From Patescibacteria group bacterium (GTDB lineage: Bacteria > Patescibacteriota > Patescibacteriia > UBA10025 > JAHIVO01), in assembly GCA_041660605.1 (NCBI GenBank), contig JBAZWB010000001.1, positions 622,503-686,502 of the forward strand: 64,000 nt of DNA, written 5' to 3'. Positions within the stretch are counted from its first letter, which is position 1, and each line of letters starts with the position of its first letter. The notes below the pieces were generated by a model, which worked only from the letters and a program-made list of their open reading frames with translations, did no database searches and had not been told where the DNA came from. Both the position numbers and the translations under genes were made by a program. This document shows positions 27,294-37,122 of this stretch, in pieces.

Positions 27294-27827
27294 TTACTTC
27301 GCCTTGTCAATCAAATCATCCAGCATCTTTTTCAAATTCCCAGTAATTTTTTCATTATTAATCTCATTTTTTTCGTTAAAAAGATTTTCAACAAATGGAA
27401 AATATATTGCCGGAATCACAATTTGAAAACCAAGATAGACTGCTATATTGATAAAATTTTCTACTGCTCGGGCTCCGCCAATTGCTCCAGACGATACGCC
27501 ACATAAACCTAAAGGTTTGCCTTTTGCCTGTTTTCCAATTTTATCAATAAAAATTTTTAATTCACCGGGAAAAGCATGATTGTATTCAGGCATTACTATG
27601 ATTAATCCATTTGCATTATTAATTATTTCCTGAACTTGTTTGACTAGTTCACCAGTTTCCTTCGGTGCTATTGTAGCGGAAGATAAATAATTTTTAATAT
27701 CAATTATTTCACTGCTAATGCTTTTGATTTTTTTTATTTCATTTAAAACAAATCGTGCAACTTTTTCGGATAATCTGCCTTCTCTCGCTGTGCCAAGAAT
27801 AATTGGGATATTAAATCGGTTGGTCAT
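27294..27827 (-). CDS. NAD(P)H-dependent FMN reductase (flavodoxin-like fold)
   Basis: IPIILGTAREGRLSEKVARFV...MPEYNHAFPGELKIFIDKIG. Confidence 0.75.
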   Translation of the reverse strand: MTNRFNIPIILGTAREGRLSEKVARFVLNEIKKIKSISSEIIDIKNYLSSATIAPKETGELVKQVQEIINNANGLIIVMPEYNHAFPGELKIFIDKIGKQAKGKPLGLCGVSSGAIGGARAVENFINIAVYLGFQIVIPAIYFPFVENLFNEKNEINNEKITGNLKKMLDDLIDKAK

Positions 27828-27842
27828 ATAAAATATTATTTA

Positions 27843-28223
27843 TTATTTTGAATAAAAGATAAAAAATAATGAGATGAAAGTTGACCAAAAAAACGCCGCA
27901 AGTAATAAAGTATTAAATATTCCCAATAGTAAGTAGCTGGTATTATAACCTTTTATAGCCAAATAAAAACTGCAAATCAGGGTGTATAGGCTTATTACAA
28001 TATACAGATAAGTCCAAGTATTAGCGTCGATTTTTTCAGAAAAATATGAATGAGATGAACCTAACTGGATGATAACTGGCAAAAAAAATAATCCAAAAAT
28101 TGTTACAAGCCACAGCAGACCCAGTGTTCCATAAACAAAAATCTTCTTTGAAACTCCCGGATCCTTTTCGGCTGTTTCCAATGGATTTGATGAATCTAAT
28201 TGAAAGGCTCGGTTGGTAGGCAC
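27843..28223 (-). CDS. Hypothetical 3-TM membrane protein
   Basis: Three hydrophobic helices. The gene lies immediately upstream of, and co-directional with, the ABC-2 permease. Confidence 0.4.
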   Translation of the reverse strand: MPTNRAFQLDSSNPLETAEKDPGVSKKIFVYGTLGLLWLVTIFGLFFLPVIIQLGSSHSYFSEKIDANTWTYLYIVISLYTLICSFYLAIKGYNTSYLLLGIFNTLLLAAFFWSTFISLFFIFYSK

Positions 28224-28229
28224 AATTGA

Positions 28230-29033
28230 TTATATGGCGATATCGCGTTTATTAAAAAAATATAAGGCTAAGCCGGTCAATAAGATTGAGGATAAAACAA
28301 ATATTAAAATCGAAGTTAAATTCAAGGTATTATGAATTAACGCGTCATTTGAGGAATAATAGTGAAAAAATGAACCGTATTTCAATCCATCGAAATTTTC
28401 TTTTAAGCTTGAGATTAAATTTAGGACATACATAGCGATCAAAATTCCTCCAGCGGACATATATACCTTACTGCGTTCAGAAAAAATAGCAGAGAAAAAA
28501 ATTGCCAAGCTAAAAACCGCCCAACCGAATAAAAATGAAATCAACGCCAATGAAACATAATTAGGAGCAACAAAATCAATATTATGAATTTTAGCCAGGG
28601 GGAAAACAGCGAAAATCGACGTTATTGAAAAAGCGAACAGGCTAAAAATACCAACAAAATATTTAGAAAAAAATATTTTTATCCTAGAAACTGGGCGCGA
28701 GAGAAGCAATTCTACCGTACCGCGTTCAATTTCCCCGGCTAAACTATTCCCCGCAATTGCGATCAGCATGAAAATGACCATTATCGGCCAAATTATGCTG
28801 AATTGCTCCATTGATAAAAAATTCTCAAGCGTATCAAAGGTTATTTCATCCAAACCAAAAGCCTTGGCAAAGCTTTCAGGATAGTTTTTCATAAGTTCGT
28901 TAAAACTCTCCGATTGCTGCTGAATTGAAGGAAATAATGCTATATACATCCATAATAAAACAATGCCCGCTAAGCAAAAAATTAACAACGAGATCTTCCT
29001 GTCTTTTAAAAACCTTAAAAAAATTACTAGCAT
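28230..29033 (-). CDS. ABC-2 type exporter permease
   Basis: Six TM helices. Size and topology are typical of an ABC-2 permease. It is 5 nt downstream of the ABC ATPase. Confidence 0.6.
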   Translation of the reverse strand: MLVIFLRFLKDRKISLLIFCLAGIVLLWMYIALFPSIQQQSESFNELMKNYPESFAKAFGLDEITFDTLENFLSMEQFSIIWPIMVIFMLIAIAGNSLAGEIERGTVELLLSRPVSRIKIFFSKYFVGIFSLFAFSITSIFAVFPLAKIHNIDFVAPNYVSLALISFLFGWAVFSLAIFFSAIFSERSKVYMSAGGILIAMYVLNLISSLKENFDGLKYGSFFHYYSSNDALIHNTLNLTSILIFVLSSILLTGLALYFFNKRDIAI

Positions 29034-29038
29034 ACTAA

Positions 29039-29908
29039 TTATTCGTAAAATTCTAAAAATATATCCTCCAATGCGGCCTGAGAAATGCTTAAGTCCTTAA
29101 TATTATACTTGCTGATTTTTTTTATTAGCGGATTGATATCGCCTTTGACGTTGATAACAATATAATTAGAAGTTTCTTTTACAAGTTCGTTATTCTCGTC
29201 TATAAATTCATCCTTATTAAAACTACCGGAGAAATAAATATGCACATGAGTTAATTTTTTTTCTTTTAAGCTTAAAATGCTTTCAGTAGCAACAATTTTC
29301 CCTTTTTTTATGATCGCCACTCTGTCACATATCTTATCGACCTCGGATAAATTATGGGACGACATAAATATCGTTACTCCATTTTTTGCTTCTTTTTCCA
29401 GTAATTCATAAACCTCATTTTGCAATAACGGATCAAGAGCATTAGTAGGTTCATCCATAATAAGCAAATCAGGTCTGGTCATTAAAGCAAGAATAATCGC
29501 TAATTTCTGTTTGTTGCCGGACGAGAGCTGTTTTACTTTTATACTTGCATCAAAATCAAGAACATTCATCAATTCAGATGATCTGTCATTTTCTCCATTA
29601 AGATTTTTTACAAAGTTAATGTGAGTTTGACCGTCCCATTTTTCATATAAACGAACATTTCCGGATAAATAACCGATTTTTTTAATTATTTCAACGCTTT
29701 CTTTTCGCGTGTCTTTGCCAAAAATTTTAATCATTCCGCTTGTAGGCCTGATAAAGCTTAGCATGGCTCTGATGGTAGTTGTTTTACCGGCTCCATTAGG
29801 GCCTAAAAAACCAAAAATTTGGCCCTGATCAACATCCAAACTGATGTCATCAATGGCTTTTGTGTTTCCAAAATATTTGCGTAAACTGGATATTTCAATC
29901 GTTTTCAT
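29039..29908 (-). CDS. ABC transporter ATP-binding protein
   Basis: Walker A is GFLGPNGAGKTTTIRAM. The signature is LSSGNKQKLAIILAL and Walker B is LLIMDEPTNALD. Confidence 0.9.
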   Translation of the reverse strand: MKTIEISSLRKYFGNTKAIDDISLDVDQGQIFGFLGPNGAGKTTTIRAMLSFIRPTSGMIKIFGKDTRKESVEIIKKIGYLSGNVRLYEKWDGQTHINFVKNLNGENDRSSELMNVLDFDASIKVKQLSSGNKQKLAIILALMTRPDLLIMDEPTNALDPLLQNEVYELLEKEAKNGVTIFMSSHNLSEVDKICDRVAIIKKGKIVATESILSLKEKKLTHVHIYFSGSFNKDEFIDENNELVKETSNYIVINVKGDINPLIKKISKYNIKDLSISQAALEDIFLEFYE

Positions 29909-29961
29909 ACAATAATCATAGCTTAAACCAGCTATTATGTGAACGATATTTTTTCATTTCA

Positions 29962-30234
29962 TTATTTGCATACGCCTAGACAAGCGCAGTGATTTTCCAA
30001 AATACCCTCACTTTTGATGCAGGAAGGCCTTAAGCAATTATTATTTCCGCAAATTCCTGCACAATCCTTGCTGGTCTGACAAACCCTATCTCTTAAACCG
30101 GCTCCCGGATTTTTAATTTCAAGGGAGTCATTCGCTGGCCTTGTCTGTAAAAACCAAAGACCGGATAATATTATTACCAGCAAAAAAGTTAAGATAGGAA
30201 TTGTCAGCTTGGCATTTACTAATTTATTATTCAT
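29962..30234 (-). CDS. Small secreted cysteine-rich peptide precursor with a defensin-like CxxxC...CxC pattern
   Basis: An N-terminal signal/anchor (IPILTFLLVIILSGLWFL) precedes a roughly 40-aa domain with 8 Cys: VCQTSKDCAGICGNNNCLRPSCIKSEGILENHCACLGVCK. Confidence 0.5.
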   Translation of the reverse strand: MNNKLVNAKLTIPILTFLLVIILSGLWFLQTRPANDSLEIKNPGAGLRDRVCQTSKDCAGICGNNNCLRPSCIKSEGILENHCACLGVCK

Positions 30235-30249
30235 AAAAAATCTATAATA

Positions 30250-30876
30250 TTAATGAAGTTTTTTAATACTTCTTAAAATTCCCCTCATTTCCTTGGTTGC
30301 GTTCAAAGAGATTGACTGGGCAATGGGTATGTAAAATTTCTCAGCTTCATTTACCCAGCGCGGAAATTTGTAGTATTTTTTATGTTTTTTGCTCAGCAGT
30401 ATCCATGAACGCATATTATCAAGCAAATCTGCGGTTTTCAAAATTCGTACTTTTTTTGTGCTTCTGATGATTCTCTCCATATGCTTAGGTTTATTTATTT
30501 TCTTTTCCGCTTCAGTCTCACCTGCTCGTCTCGGTCTGGTTACCGCTTGAATAAAATTTAACGTACTTTTGTTAAAACTTCTCAGAATTTCCTTATCAGT
30601 CAAAGTAGTGTCTTCCAGAGTATCGTGTAAAATCGCAGCACATATTAAGTCAACATTAGTAACTTTATTTTCTAATAACCATCTAGCCGTCCTGACGCAG
30701 TGAATGATGTAACCGGCTTTTTCCGCGTCTTCTTCGCTTCTTTTTTGATTTTTATGGTATTCACTAGCTAAATCTAACGCCATTAAAATTCTGGACTGAT
30801 CCTTTGATGGAAATTTTTTTATTAAAATAAGTAACTTATTTCTATTTTTAGAATAGTATCGAAAATCAATTTTCAT
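30250..30876 (-). CDS. HD-domain (p)ppGpp hydrolase-like protein, a small alarmone hydrolase of Rel/SpoT hydrolase-domain type
   Basis: LASEYHKNQKR...YIIHCVRTARWL...AAILHDTLEDT...TADLLDNMR matches the RelA/SpoT HD hydrolase signature. Confidence 0.75.
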   Translation of the reverse strand: MKIDFRYYSKNRNKLLILIKKFPSKDQSRILMALDLASEYHKNQKRSEEDAEKAGYIIHCVRTARWLLENKVTNVDLICAAILHDTLEDTTLTDKEILRSFNKSTLNFIQAVTRPRRAGETEAEKKINKPKHMERIIRSTKKVRILKTADLLDNMRSWILLSKKHKKYYKFPRWVNEAEKFYIPIAQSISLNATKEMRGILRSIKKLH

Positions 30877-31331
30877 ACTTCTTCTTCAGAAATCACGCTT
30901 ATTCCATTATTTTTTAATAAAGCAGTTGTTACACCGTCATTTTTAACGCTTTTTTTTGAAAATGTCCCATCATAGATCCTGCCACTGCCACACGATGGAC
31001 TCCCCTGTTTTAAAATGGCTTTATGCGCATTATACATTTTAGCAATTTTCAAAACCTCGTTGGCTCCTTTTATAAACTCCACAGTTACTTCATTACCGTT
31101 ACTTTCGACAACCTTGGCTTTATTATTTAAAACATCCTGACCGCCTCCATTTTGTATTTCAGCATCTAGTCTTGGCGTAGTTTGTCCGCCCAGTTGTTCG
31201 GGACAGACTGGAATTATTATTTGTTTATTCAATAAATCAGCGACTTTATCGTTATAATTATTTTTTCCGTTATATTTGCAATTTATACCCAGCAAGCAGG
31301 CACTGCAAATTATAATACTTCTATTTTCCAT
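30873..31331 (-). CDS. DUF523 family protein (TudS-like, Cys-rich)
   Basis: IIICSACLLGINCKYNGKNNYND...IIIPVCPEQLGG matches DUF523. The start was chosen at internal Met (MENRSIIICSAC) because the longer ORF to 31376 overlaps the secA 3' end by 56 nt. Confidence 0.6.
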   Translation of the reverse strand: MENRSIIICSACLLGINCKYNGKNNYNDKVADLLNKQIIIPVCPEQLGGQTTPRLDAEIQNGGGQDVLNNKAKVVESNGNEVTVEFIKGANEVLKIAKMYNAHKAILKQGSPSCGSGRIYDGTFSKKSVKNDGVTTALLKNNGISVISEEEV

Positions 31332-34089
31332 GGCACTTCTTATATTTTTTTCCTGAACCACATGGACACAGATCATTTCGACCGACCTTCTTGCCTTTTA
31401 AATTAACTAAATTACCTGCGGCGGTATGTTGCGTATCGCCCACTTTTTCCTTAACTGCCGGTTGACTGGAAGAATCTCGTTTGGTACTCATATTCTGATA
31501 AGGACTGGAAACAACCTGATCAGATGTTTTTGCCGGGGCAATAAGTTGCTGGCGTCTGGTAGCCATTGGAGTAACTGTCGAAGGCTGGCCTAAATTGACT
31601 TTAAAAATAGTATAAACAACATTCTTCTGAATATTATTAATCAATTCGTTAAAAAGATTGTAAGCTTCTTTTTTATATTCAACCAACGGATCTCTTTGGC
31701 CATAACCGCGCAGACCTATGCCGCGTCTGAGATGATCCACCATATCCAGATGCTCAATCCATAAAGTATCGATGGCGCGTAAATAAACCGCCATCTCTAT
31801 ATTTTTCATCATCACAGGGTTGTTAATCTTAGTTTCCAGATTATCATATGACAGATTCGCCAATTTCAAGAGATATTGGATTATCGTTGTCCTGGCTGCG
31901 GCATCCTGCTGTTTGTCGCCAGCTTTTTCTCTGATATCCTCCAGCCTTATACGATTTTCCAGGGCCACTGGAAAAATTGTATCAATTACTTCATAAATTT
32001 CATCTAAATTCCACTGATTTTCATTATCTGCTGAGGTGTGGAACGAGACCACTTGTTCAATTTCACTTTCAACCAGGTCTATTATTTTATCTCTCAGTCT
32101 GATCTCCTTTCCTGACTCATCTTTCATTCCTGATTCAGTTACTTCCAATATTTCATTGCGGCGCTTGTATATTACTTCCCGATGTTTATTTATAACATCG
32201 TCATATTCCACTAAATGTTTTCTGATGTCAAAATTATGGCCCTCAACTTTTTTTTGCGCGCTTTCAATGGATTTGGAGATCAAGCGGTTTTCAATTGGCA
32301 TGTCTTCCGGCAGTCCCAATTTGTCCATCATGCTTTTCATTCTGTCGGATCCGAATATTCTTAAGAGATCATCTTCCATAGAAACAAAAAACTGCGAAGA
32401 ACCGGGATCTCCCTGCCTGCCTGCGCGACCGCGCAATTGATTGTCAATTCTACGTGATTCGTGTCTTTCCGTGCCAAGGACATGCAAACCGCCTAATTTT
32501 ATAACTTCCGCCTGTTCATTTTTATCCGGATGCGGTCCGCCTAAAATAATGTCAACACCACGACCGGCCATATTTGTGGCCACCGTCACTGCCCCCTTTT
32601 TGCCTGCCTGAGCTAAAAACATAGCTTCTTTTTCATGATTCTTTGCATTTAATACGTTATGTTTGATCCCCTCTCTTTCCAGCAATTGACTGATGATTTC
32701 ATTTTTCTCTATTGAAATGGTGCCAACTAAAATCGGCTGGCCCAATTCGGTGCGAATTTTTATTTCCTTAACCAAGGCCCTGAATTTTCCAATTTCATTT
32801 TTATAAATTGAATCAGTCGAGTCTTTTCTTACCATTGGCTGATTTGTGGGAATTTCCACAACTTCTAGGGTGTATATTTTATGAAATTCTTCAGCTTCTG
32901 TCGCAGCCGTACCCGTCATACCGGCTAATTTTTTGTACATGCGGAAGTAATTTTGAAAGGTGATGGTGGCCATGGTCTGGCTTTCCTGTTTTATCTCTAC
33001 TCCTTCCTTTGCCTCTATAGCCTGATGGAGCCCTTCGGAATACCTCCTGCCATACATTAGCCGGCCGGTAAATTCATCAACTATTATTACCTCCCCTTCT
33101 TTCACGACATAATCCTTATCCTTTTGAAAAAGGGCTTTGGCTTTTAGCGATTGTTCAATGTGATGGACGGTTTCAATGCCTTCTGCTTGATAAATATTTT
33201 CGATACCCAACATTTTTTCCATTTTAGCAATTCCAATTTCCGTCAAAGTTGATGCCCTCATTTTTTCGTCAATATTATAATCTGTGTTTTCTTCCAATTG
33301 GCCCACATGCTGGGCAAATTTATAATACTTGTCGGTAGATTCTTCTGCCGGCGAGGAAATGATCAGCGGCGTGCGTGCTTCATCGATAAGTATGCTGTCA
33401 ACTTCGTCGACAATGGCAAAATTTAAATCTCTTTGAACTTTATATTTCATTGTCGGCACCATATTGTCTCGCAAATAATCAAATCCAAATTCATTGTTAG
33501 TGCCATAAGTTATGTCAGCCAAATACGCATCCCTTCGTTCGATTAACTTCAAATGTGCCAAACGTTCATCCGTAACGTCCTTTTCGCTGTAATTTTCGTC
33601 AAAAATAAAAGCTTGCTCATGCGTGATGCAGGCAACCTTCAATCCTAAAAAATTAAGTGCGACTCCATACCAGCCGGCGTCTCTTTTTGCCAAATAATCA
33701 TTAACCGTAACTATATGTACTCCTTTGCCCTCTAACGCATTTAGGTATGCGGAAATGGCGGCTGATAAAGTTTTGCCTTCACCAGTCTTTTGTTCAGCAA
33801 TTTTCCCCTGATGAAGGACTATAGCCGCCATCAGCTGTACGTCATAGGCTCTTTGCTTGACTGTTCTTTTTATCGCTTCTCTGATCACGGCGCAAGATTC
33901 GGGCAAAATCTCGTCAATTTTTTTACCCTGGCTAAGTTCTTCTTTGAATTGTTGTGTTTTTTTTCTTAAATCTTGGTCATTTAAAGAAGAAACTTGCTTT
34001 TCAAATGAATTAATTTTATCAATAAAAGGACGTAAATTTTTTATTACGTTTTTGTTGCTACTGCCAAGTAAGTTAGTTAAAAAAGACAT
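31321..34089 (-). CDS. secA: Protein translocase ATPase SecA
   Basis: A full-length SecA with DEAD motor domains, PPXD and HSD, and the C-terminal zinc finger CPCGSGKKYKKCHGK. Confidence 0.95.
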   Translation of the reverse strand: MSFLTNLLGSSNKNVIKNLRPFIDKINSFEKQVSSLNDQDLRKKTQQFKEELSQGKKIDEILPESCAVIREAIKRTVKQRAYDVQLMAAIVLHQGKIAEQKTGEGKTLSAAISAYLNALEGKGVHIVTVNDYLAKRDAGWYGVALNFLGLKVACITHEQAFIFDENYSEKDVTDERLAHLKLIERRDAYLADITYGTNNEFGFDYLRDNMVPTMKYKVQRDLNFAIVDEVDSILIDEARTPLIISSPAEESTDKYYKFAQHVGQLEENTDYNIDEKMRASTLTEIGIAKMEKMLGIENIYQAEGIETVHHIEQSLKAKALFQKDKDYVVKEGEVIIVDEFTGRLMYGRRYSEGLHQAIEAKEGVEIKQESQTMATITFQNYFRMYKKLAGMTGTAATEAEEFHKIYTLEVVEIPTNQPMVRKDSTDSIYKNEIGKFRALVKEIKIRTELGQPILVGTISIEKNEIISQLLEREGIKHNVLNAKNHEKEAMFLAQAGKKGAVTVATNMAGRGVDIILGGPHPDKNEQAEVIKLGGLHVLGTERHESRRIDNQLRGRAGRQGDPGSSQFFVSMEDDLLRIFGSDRMKSMMDKLGLPEDMPIENRLISKSIESAQKKVEGHNFDIRKHLVEYDDVINKHREVIYKRRNEILEVTESGMKDESGKEIRLRDKIIDLVESEIEQVVSFHTSADNENQWNLDEIYEVIDTIFPVALENRIRLEDIREKAGDKQQDAAARTTIIQYLLKLANLSYDNLETKINNPVMMKNIEMAVYLRAIDTLWIEHLDMVDHLRRGIGLRGYGQRDPLVEYKKEAYNLFNELINNIQKNVVYTIFKVNLGQPSTVTPMATRRQQLIAPAKTSDQVVSSPYQNMSTKRDSSSQPAVKEKVGDTQHTAAGNLVNLKGKKVGRNDLCPCGSGKKYKKCHGK

Positions 34090-34175
34090 ATTTTAGGTTA
34101 TTTTCATTAATATTGTGAATATATATTAACTAAAATATGCTTTTTTTACAAGACTAACAAATTTCTGTAGCAGTT

Positions 34176-34721
34176 TTATTGATTTCCTTTTTCAACAAAT
34201 TTTTTTATCCAGATTGCCATTATCGGCACTAATGACAGCTGGATTAAAATTCCAGGCCACGCAATTTTCGTTGCCAGCCAGACACTGATAAAAGGATTTA
34301 ACTGGCCAGAAGAAAATAAGGTCAATGCTGCGATCAATCCCAGCCTGCCAATTATCATGGAAAAAATTAGCGATAGATATATATTTAAATTCAGTTTCTC
34401 CCGGAAAATTCCGGCCAATAAACCATAAAAAGTCAACTCTGCGGTTATCTGCGGTAAGACTGCGAGCATTGGCATTCCTGACGTGGCAAAACTAACCAGA
34501 GGTGTAAAAAGTCCGACAATTAAGCCAGTTCTCCAGCCAAAAATTAAACCCGCTATCAATACAAAAATATGCATTGGTAAAAAAATAGGGCCGGCCAGAT
34601 TGAATTGATGCGTAAACTGCGGTAAGCCTACCGCTAAAGCCACAAAAAGTGAGGTAAACGCTATTAATTCTATTTTTTCTATTCTGACTATTGGTAATGA
34701 TAAAGAATTAATTTTTTGCAT
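34176..34721 (-). CDS. Hypothetical polytopic membrane protein, possibly an ECF-S-component-like transporter subunit
   Basis: About 5-6 TM helices and an S-component-like size. I recognise no motif. Confidence 0.35.
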   Translation of the reverse strand: MQKINSLSLPIVRIEKIELIAFTSLFVALAVGLPQFTHQFNLAGPIFLPMHIFVLIAGLIFGWRTGLIVGLFTPLVSFATSGMPMLAVLPQITAELTFYGLLAGIFREKLNLNIYLSLIFSMIIGRLGLIAALTLFSSGQLNPFISVWLATKIAWPGILIQLSLVPIMAIWIKKFVEKGNQ

Positions 34722-34730
34722 AAATGTTTA

Positions 34731-35111
34731 TCAATTTTTAATCAGTTTAAATAATGTTTTTCCATTTGATTTTTTTATGTACTGCAATGCCTGGCGATGT
34801 GATTGCTTTAACATCTTTTCTAAAATTGACTGTAATTTAATAATAATTATCCTTTTATTTTTGTAGAAAACCGCCTTTTCGAATTCTTTTTTCCTGATTG
34901 TTTTTATCTTATTTTTTCCAAGCGTACATCCGGTAGAAAGCTGTAATCCGTCAAGCAGGCATGAAACTGGAGGATTTATTTTTGTATAAATCGTAATTTT
35001 ATCAATATTTGATAGATGCCTTCTCACATAAGCACCCATGACATATCCCAAAACTACATATGGTCCAATATGGCCATGAAGTGATTTTATAATCTTTAAA
35101 TTAACTTTCAT
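34731..35111 (-). CDS. FmdE-family domain protein
   Basis: LHGHIGPYVVLGYVMG...DGLQLSTGCTLGKN resembles the FwdE/FmdE HGHxCPG...TGCTxGK pattern. Confidence 0.45.
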   Translation of the reverse strand: MKVNLKIIKSLHGHIGPYVVLGYVMGAYVRRHLSNIDKITIYTKINPPVSCLLDGLQLSTGCTLGKNKIKTIRKKEFEKAVFYKNKRIIIIKLQSILEKMLKQSHRQALQYIKKSNGKTLFKLIKN

Positions 35112-35989
35112 TTCTTCAAATAATCTGAAATGATTTTATAAACTAATTTTGCTGCTAAGAAATCTGGTGCCTCAATACCGGGCATTGGTTTTAATTCCAC
35201 TACGTCAGCGCCTATCAAATTTACTTTGCTGATTAACTCATCAATAAATTTAATGGTTTCATGCCAGTAATGACCGCCTGGTTCAGGAGTACCCACGGAT
35301 GGCATAATGCTCGGATCAAAAAAATCCAGATCAAAAGTTAAATATACGTTCTTTGTTAACTTTTTCAATACTTCATTGATATTTGGCAGCTGTGGCGCAA
35401 AATAGACTGATTTTTTGGATTTTTTCTGAAGGTATTTATTGATCTGCGGATTCATATTGCGAACGCCGAATGAAACTACTGGAATCTTTTTTTCTTCTAA
35501 CCGGCGAATGACGCAAGCATGGCTGAATGGCGTGCCTTCATATTCAGACAAAACGTCAGTATGGGCGTCAAAATGCAAAATTGATATATTTTTATACTTT
35601 TTTTGCAGGGCTTCGATACAGCCGTATGTGATTGAATGTTCGCCGCCCAATACCATTGGAAATTTATCGTACTTAACTGCAAAATCATAGACAGCCTGGC
35701 TAATGCCGCCCAAGGAAAGTTTAATAGAGCTTTTATGCGGTCTAATCTCTTCTGCAGTAAAAAAATCGCTGGTTTTAATGTTAAAAGCAGTGCCATTTTC
35801 TTCTATATCCCAAAGTTCATCCATAAATCTAGAAGCATTTATTATCGCCTGGGGACCCTGGCTGGTACCGACTCCATAAGATACCGTTGATTCAAAAGCT
35901 ATTGGTAAAACAACGACTCTGGCGCTTTCAAACGTTGCGCCGAAATTTGCCCCAAAATTAAACGGTAATATTTCGTAATTTTTTTTCAT
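35108..35989 (-). CDS. speB: Agmatinase (ureohydrolase/arginase family)
   Basis: Mn-binding motifs GGEHSIT, HFDAHTD and DLDFFDPS are present. The gene lies in a polyamine context beside speA. Confidence 0.8.
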   Translation of the reverse strand: MKKNYEILPFNFGANFGATFESARVVVLPIAFESTVSYGVGTSQGPQAIINASRFMDELWDIEENGTAFNIKTSDFFTAEEIRPHKSSIKLSLGGISQAVYDFAVKYDKFPMVLGGEHSITYGCIEALQKKYKNISILHFDAHTDVLSEYEGTPFSHACVIRRLEEKKIPVVSFGVRNMNPQINKYLQKKSKKSVYFAPQLPNINEVLKKLTKNVYLTFDLDFFDPSIMPSVGTPEPGGHYWHETIKFIDELISKVNLIGADVVELKPMPGIEAPDFLAAKLVYKIISDYLKK

Positions 35990-36002
35990 TTTAGAAAATT
36001 AA

Positions 36003-37103
36003 TTAAAGGTTTAGTAAGTAAGCAGCTAACCAGGGAAAAACAACGGTAACATCACTTTGAATTATTTGGTAATAGCTTTGCGTAGAAAGCTTATCCCAGG
36101 TAATTTTTTCTTTACCTCCGGCTCCAGAATACGAACCAAAAGACATTGGCGAAGAACCGATTTCAATAAATCCTGCCCAGCTCCTGACATTTTTAATTCT
36201 TAAATCATGCTTCAAGGATGGAATAACGCAAATCGGAAAATCAGCTGCGATGCCTCCGCCTAACTGGAGGAAAGCAACCGGATGTTCTTTTGAAACCGAC
36301 ATATACCAATCATAAAGAAAGTGAAAATATTCAATCCCGGTTTTCATGACATTTTGATTGAAAGTAACATCACTTTTTTTCTTATGCTTACCGCGATACG
36401 TATAGCTGGAAAATATATTGCCCATAGTTGAGTCCTCAAAGCCTGGAATAACGATGGGAATATTTTTCTCAAAAGCTGCATAGGCCCAGCAGTCATTTAT
36501 ATTGCTCTGCGGATCAGGCGAGATTAATTTCTCCGAAAATAATCTTCTGAAATATTCGTGCGGAAAATAGCGTTGAGATTTTTTTTCAGCCTGCCGCCAC
36601 ATTTTCAAAAGATGCGGTTCCATAATTCTGACACTCTCATCTTCAGGCAAAAAAGTATCCGTTATTCTGCGCAGGCCAGCGTCTCTAAGCTCAGCTTCCT
36701 GTTCCGGCGTCAGTTCAGTGTACCTGGGAATATAAGCATAATGCGAATGGGCTACATACCTATAATAAGATTCCTCATGGTTCGCGCCCGTAGCCGAGAT
36801 CAGATGGACCTTGTTTTTTCTGATCAATTCAGCCAGCATCACTCCTATTTGAAATGAACTTAAGGCTCCGGCTAAAGTCACTACCAGCTTGCCACCATTA
36901 TCAAGATGTTTTTTTAGCCATTCCGCTGATTGTAAAGTAGCGCCGGCATTGCAGTGCTGTAACGTTATTTTAGCATACGCAGATATACGCGCTTCCTGTT
37001 TTTTAATATTTTCAGTCAGAGATAATCCGGAATTCTTTTTATTCTCCAGGATAATTAATTTCCGCAAAGATGGAGATAGCTTATTTAATGCTTTATTATC
37101 CAT
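36003..37103 (-). CDS. Deoxyhypusine synthase-like protein, a homospermidine-synthase-type NAD-dependent aminobutyl transferase
   Basis: Features of the DHS family are present: VTLAGALSS, ISATGANHEE and GGGIAADFPI. It sits between the agmatinase and speA. Confidence 0.75.
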   Translation of the reverse strand: MDNKALNKLSPSLRKLIILENKKNSGLSLTENIKKQEARISAYAKITLQHCNAGATLQSAEWLKKHLDNGGKLVVTLAGALSSFQIGVMLAELIRKNKVHLISATGANHEESYYRYVAHSHYAYIPRYTELTPEQEAELRDAGLRRITDTFLPEDESVRIMEPHLLKMWRQAEKKSQRYFPHEYFRRLFSEKLISPDPQSNINDCWAYAAFEKNIPIVIPGFEDSTMGNIFSSYTYRGKHKKKSDVTFNQNVMKTGIEYFHFLYDWYMSVSKEHPVAFLQLGGGIAADFPICVIPSLKHDLRIKNVRSWAGFIEIGSSPMSFGSYSGAGGKEKITWDKLSTQSYYQIIQSDVTVVFPWLAAYLLNL

Positions 37104-37122
37104 AAATTAAAATGATTAATTA

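Noticed and set aside
31331-31376. Long start of the DUF523 gene at 31376
   Set aside because: It would overlap the last 56 nt of secA, including its zinc-finger codons. The internal Met at 31331 (MENRSIIICSAC) matches the usual DUF523 N-terminus and leaves only a 10-nt overlap.
34176-34721. Assigning the 181-aa membrane protein as the biotin transporter BioY
   Set aside because: Only generic polytopic topology was seen with no family motif. It is left as a hypothetical membrane protein with an ECF-S-like guess at low confidence.
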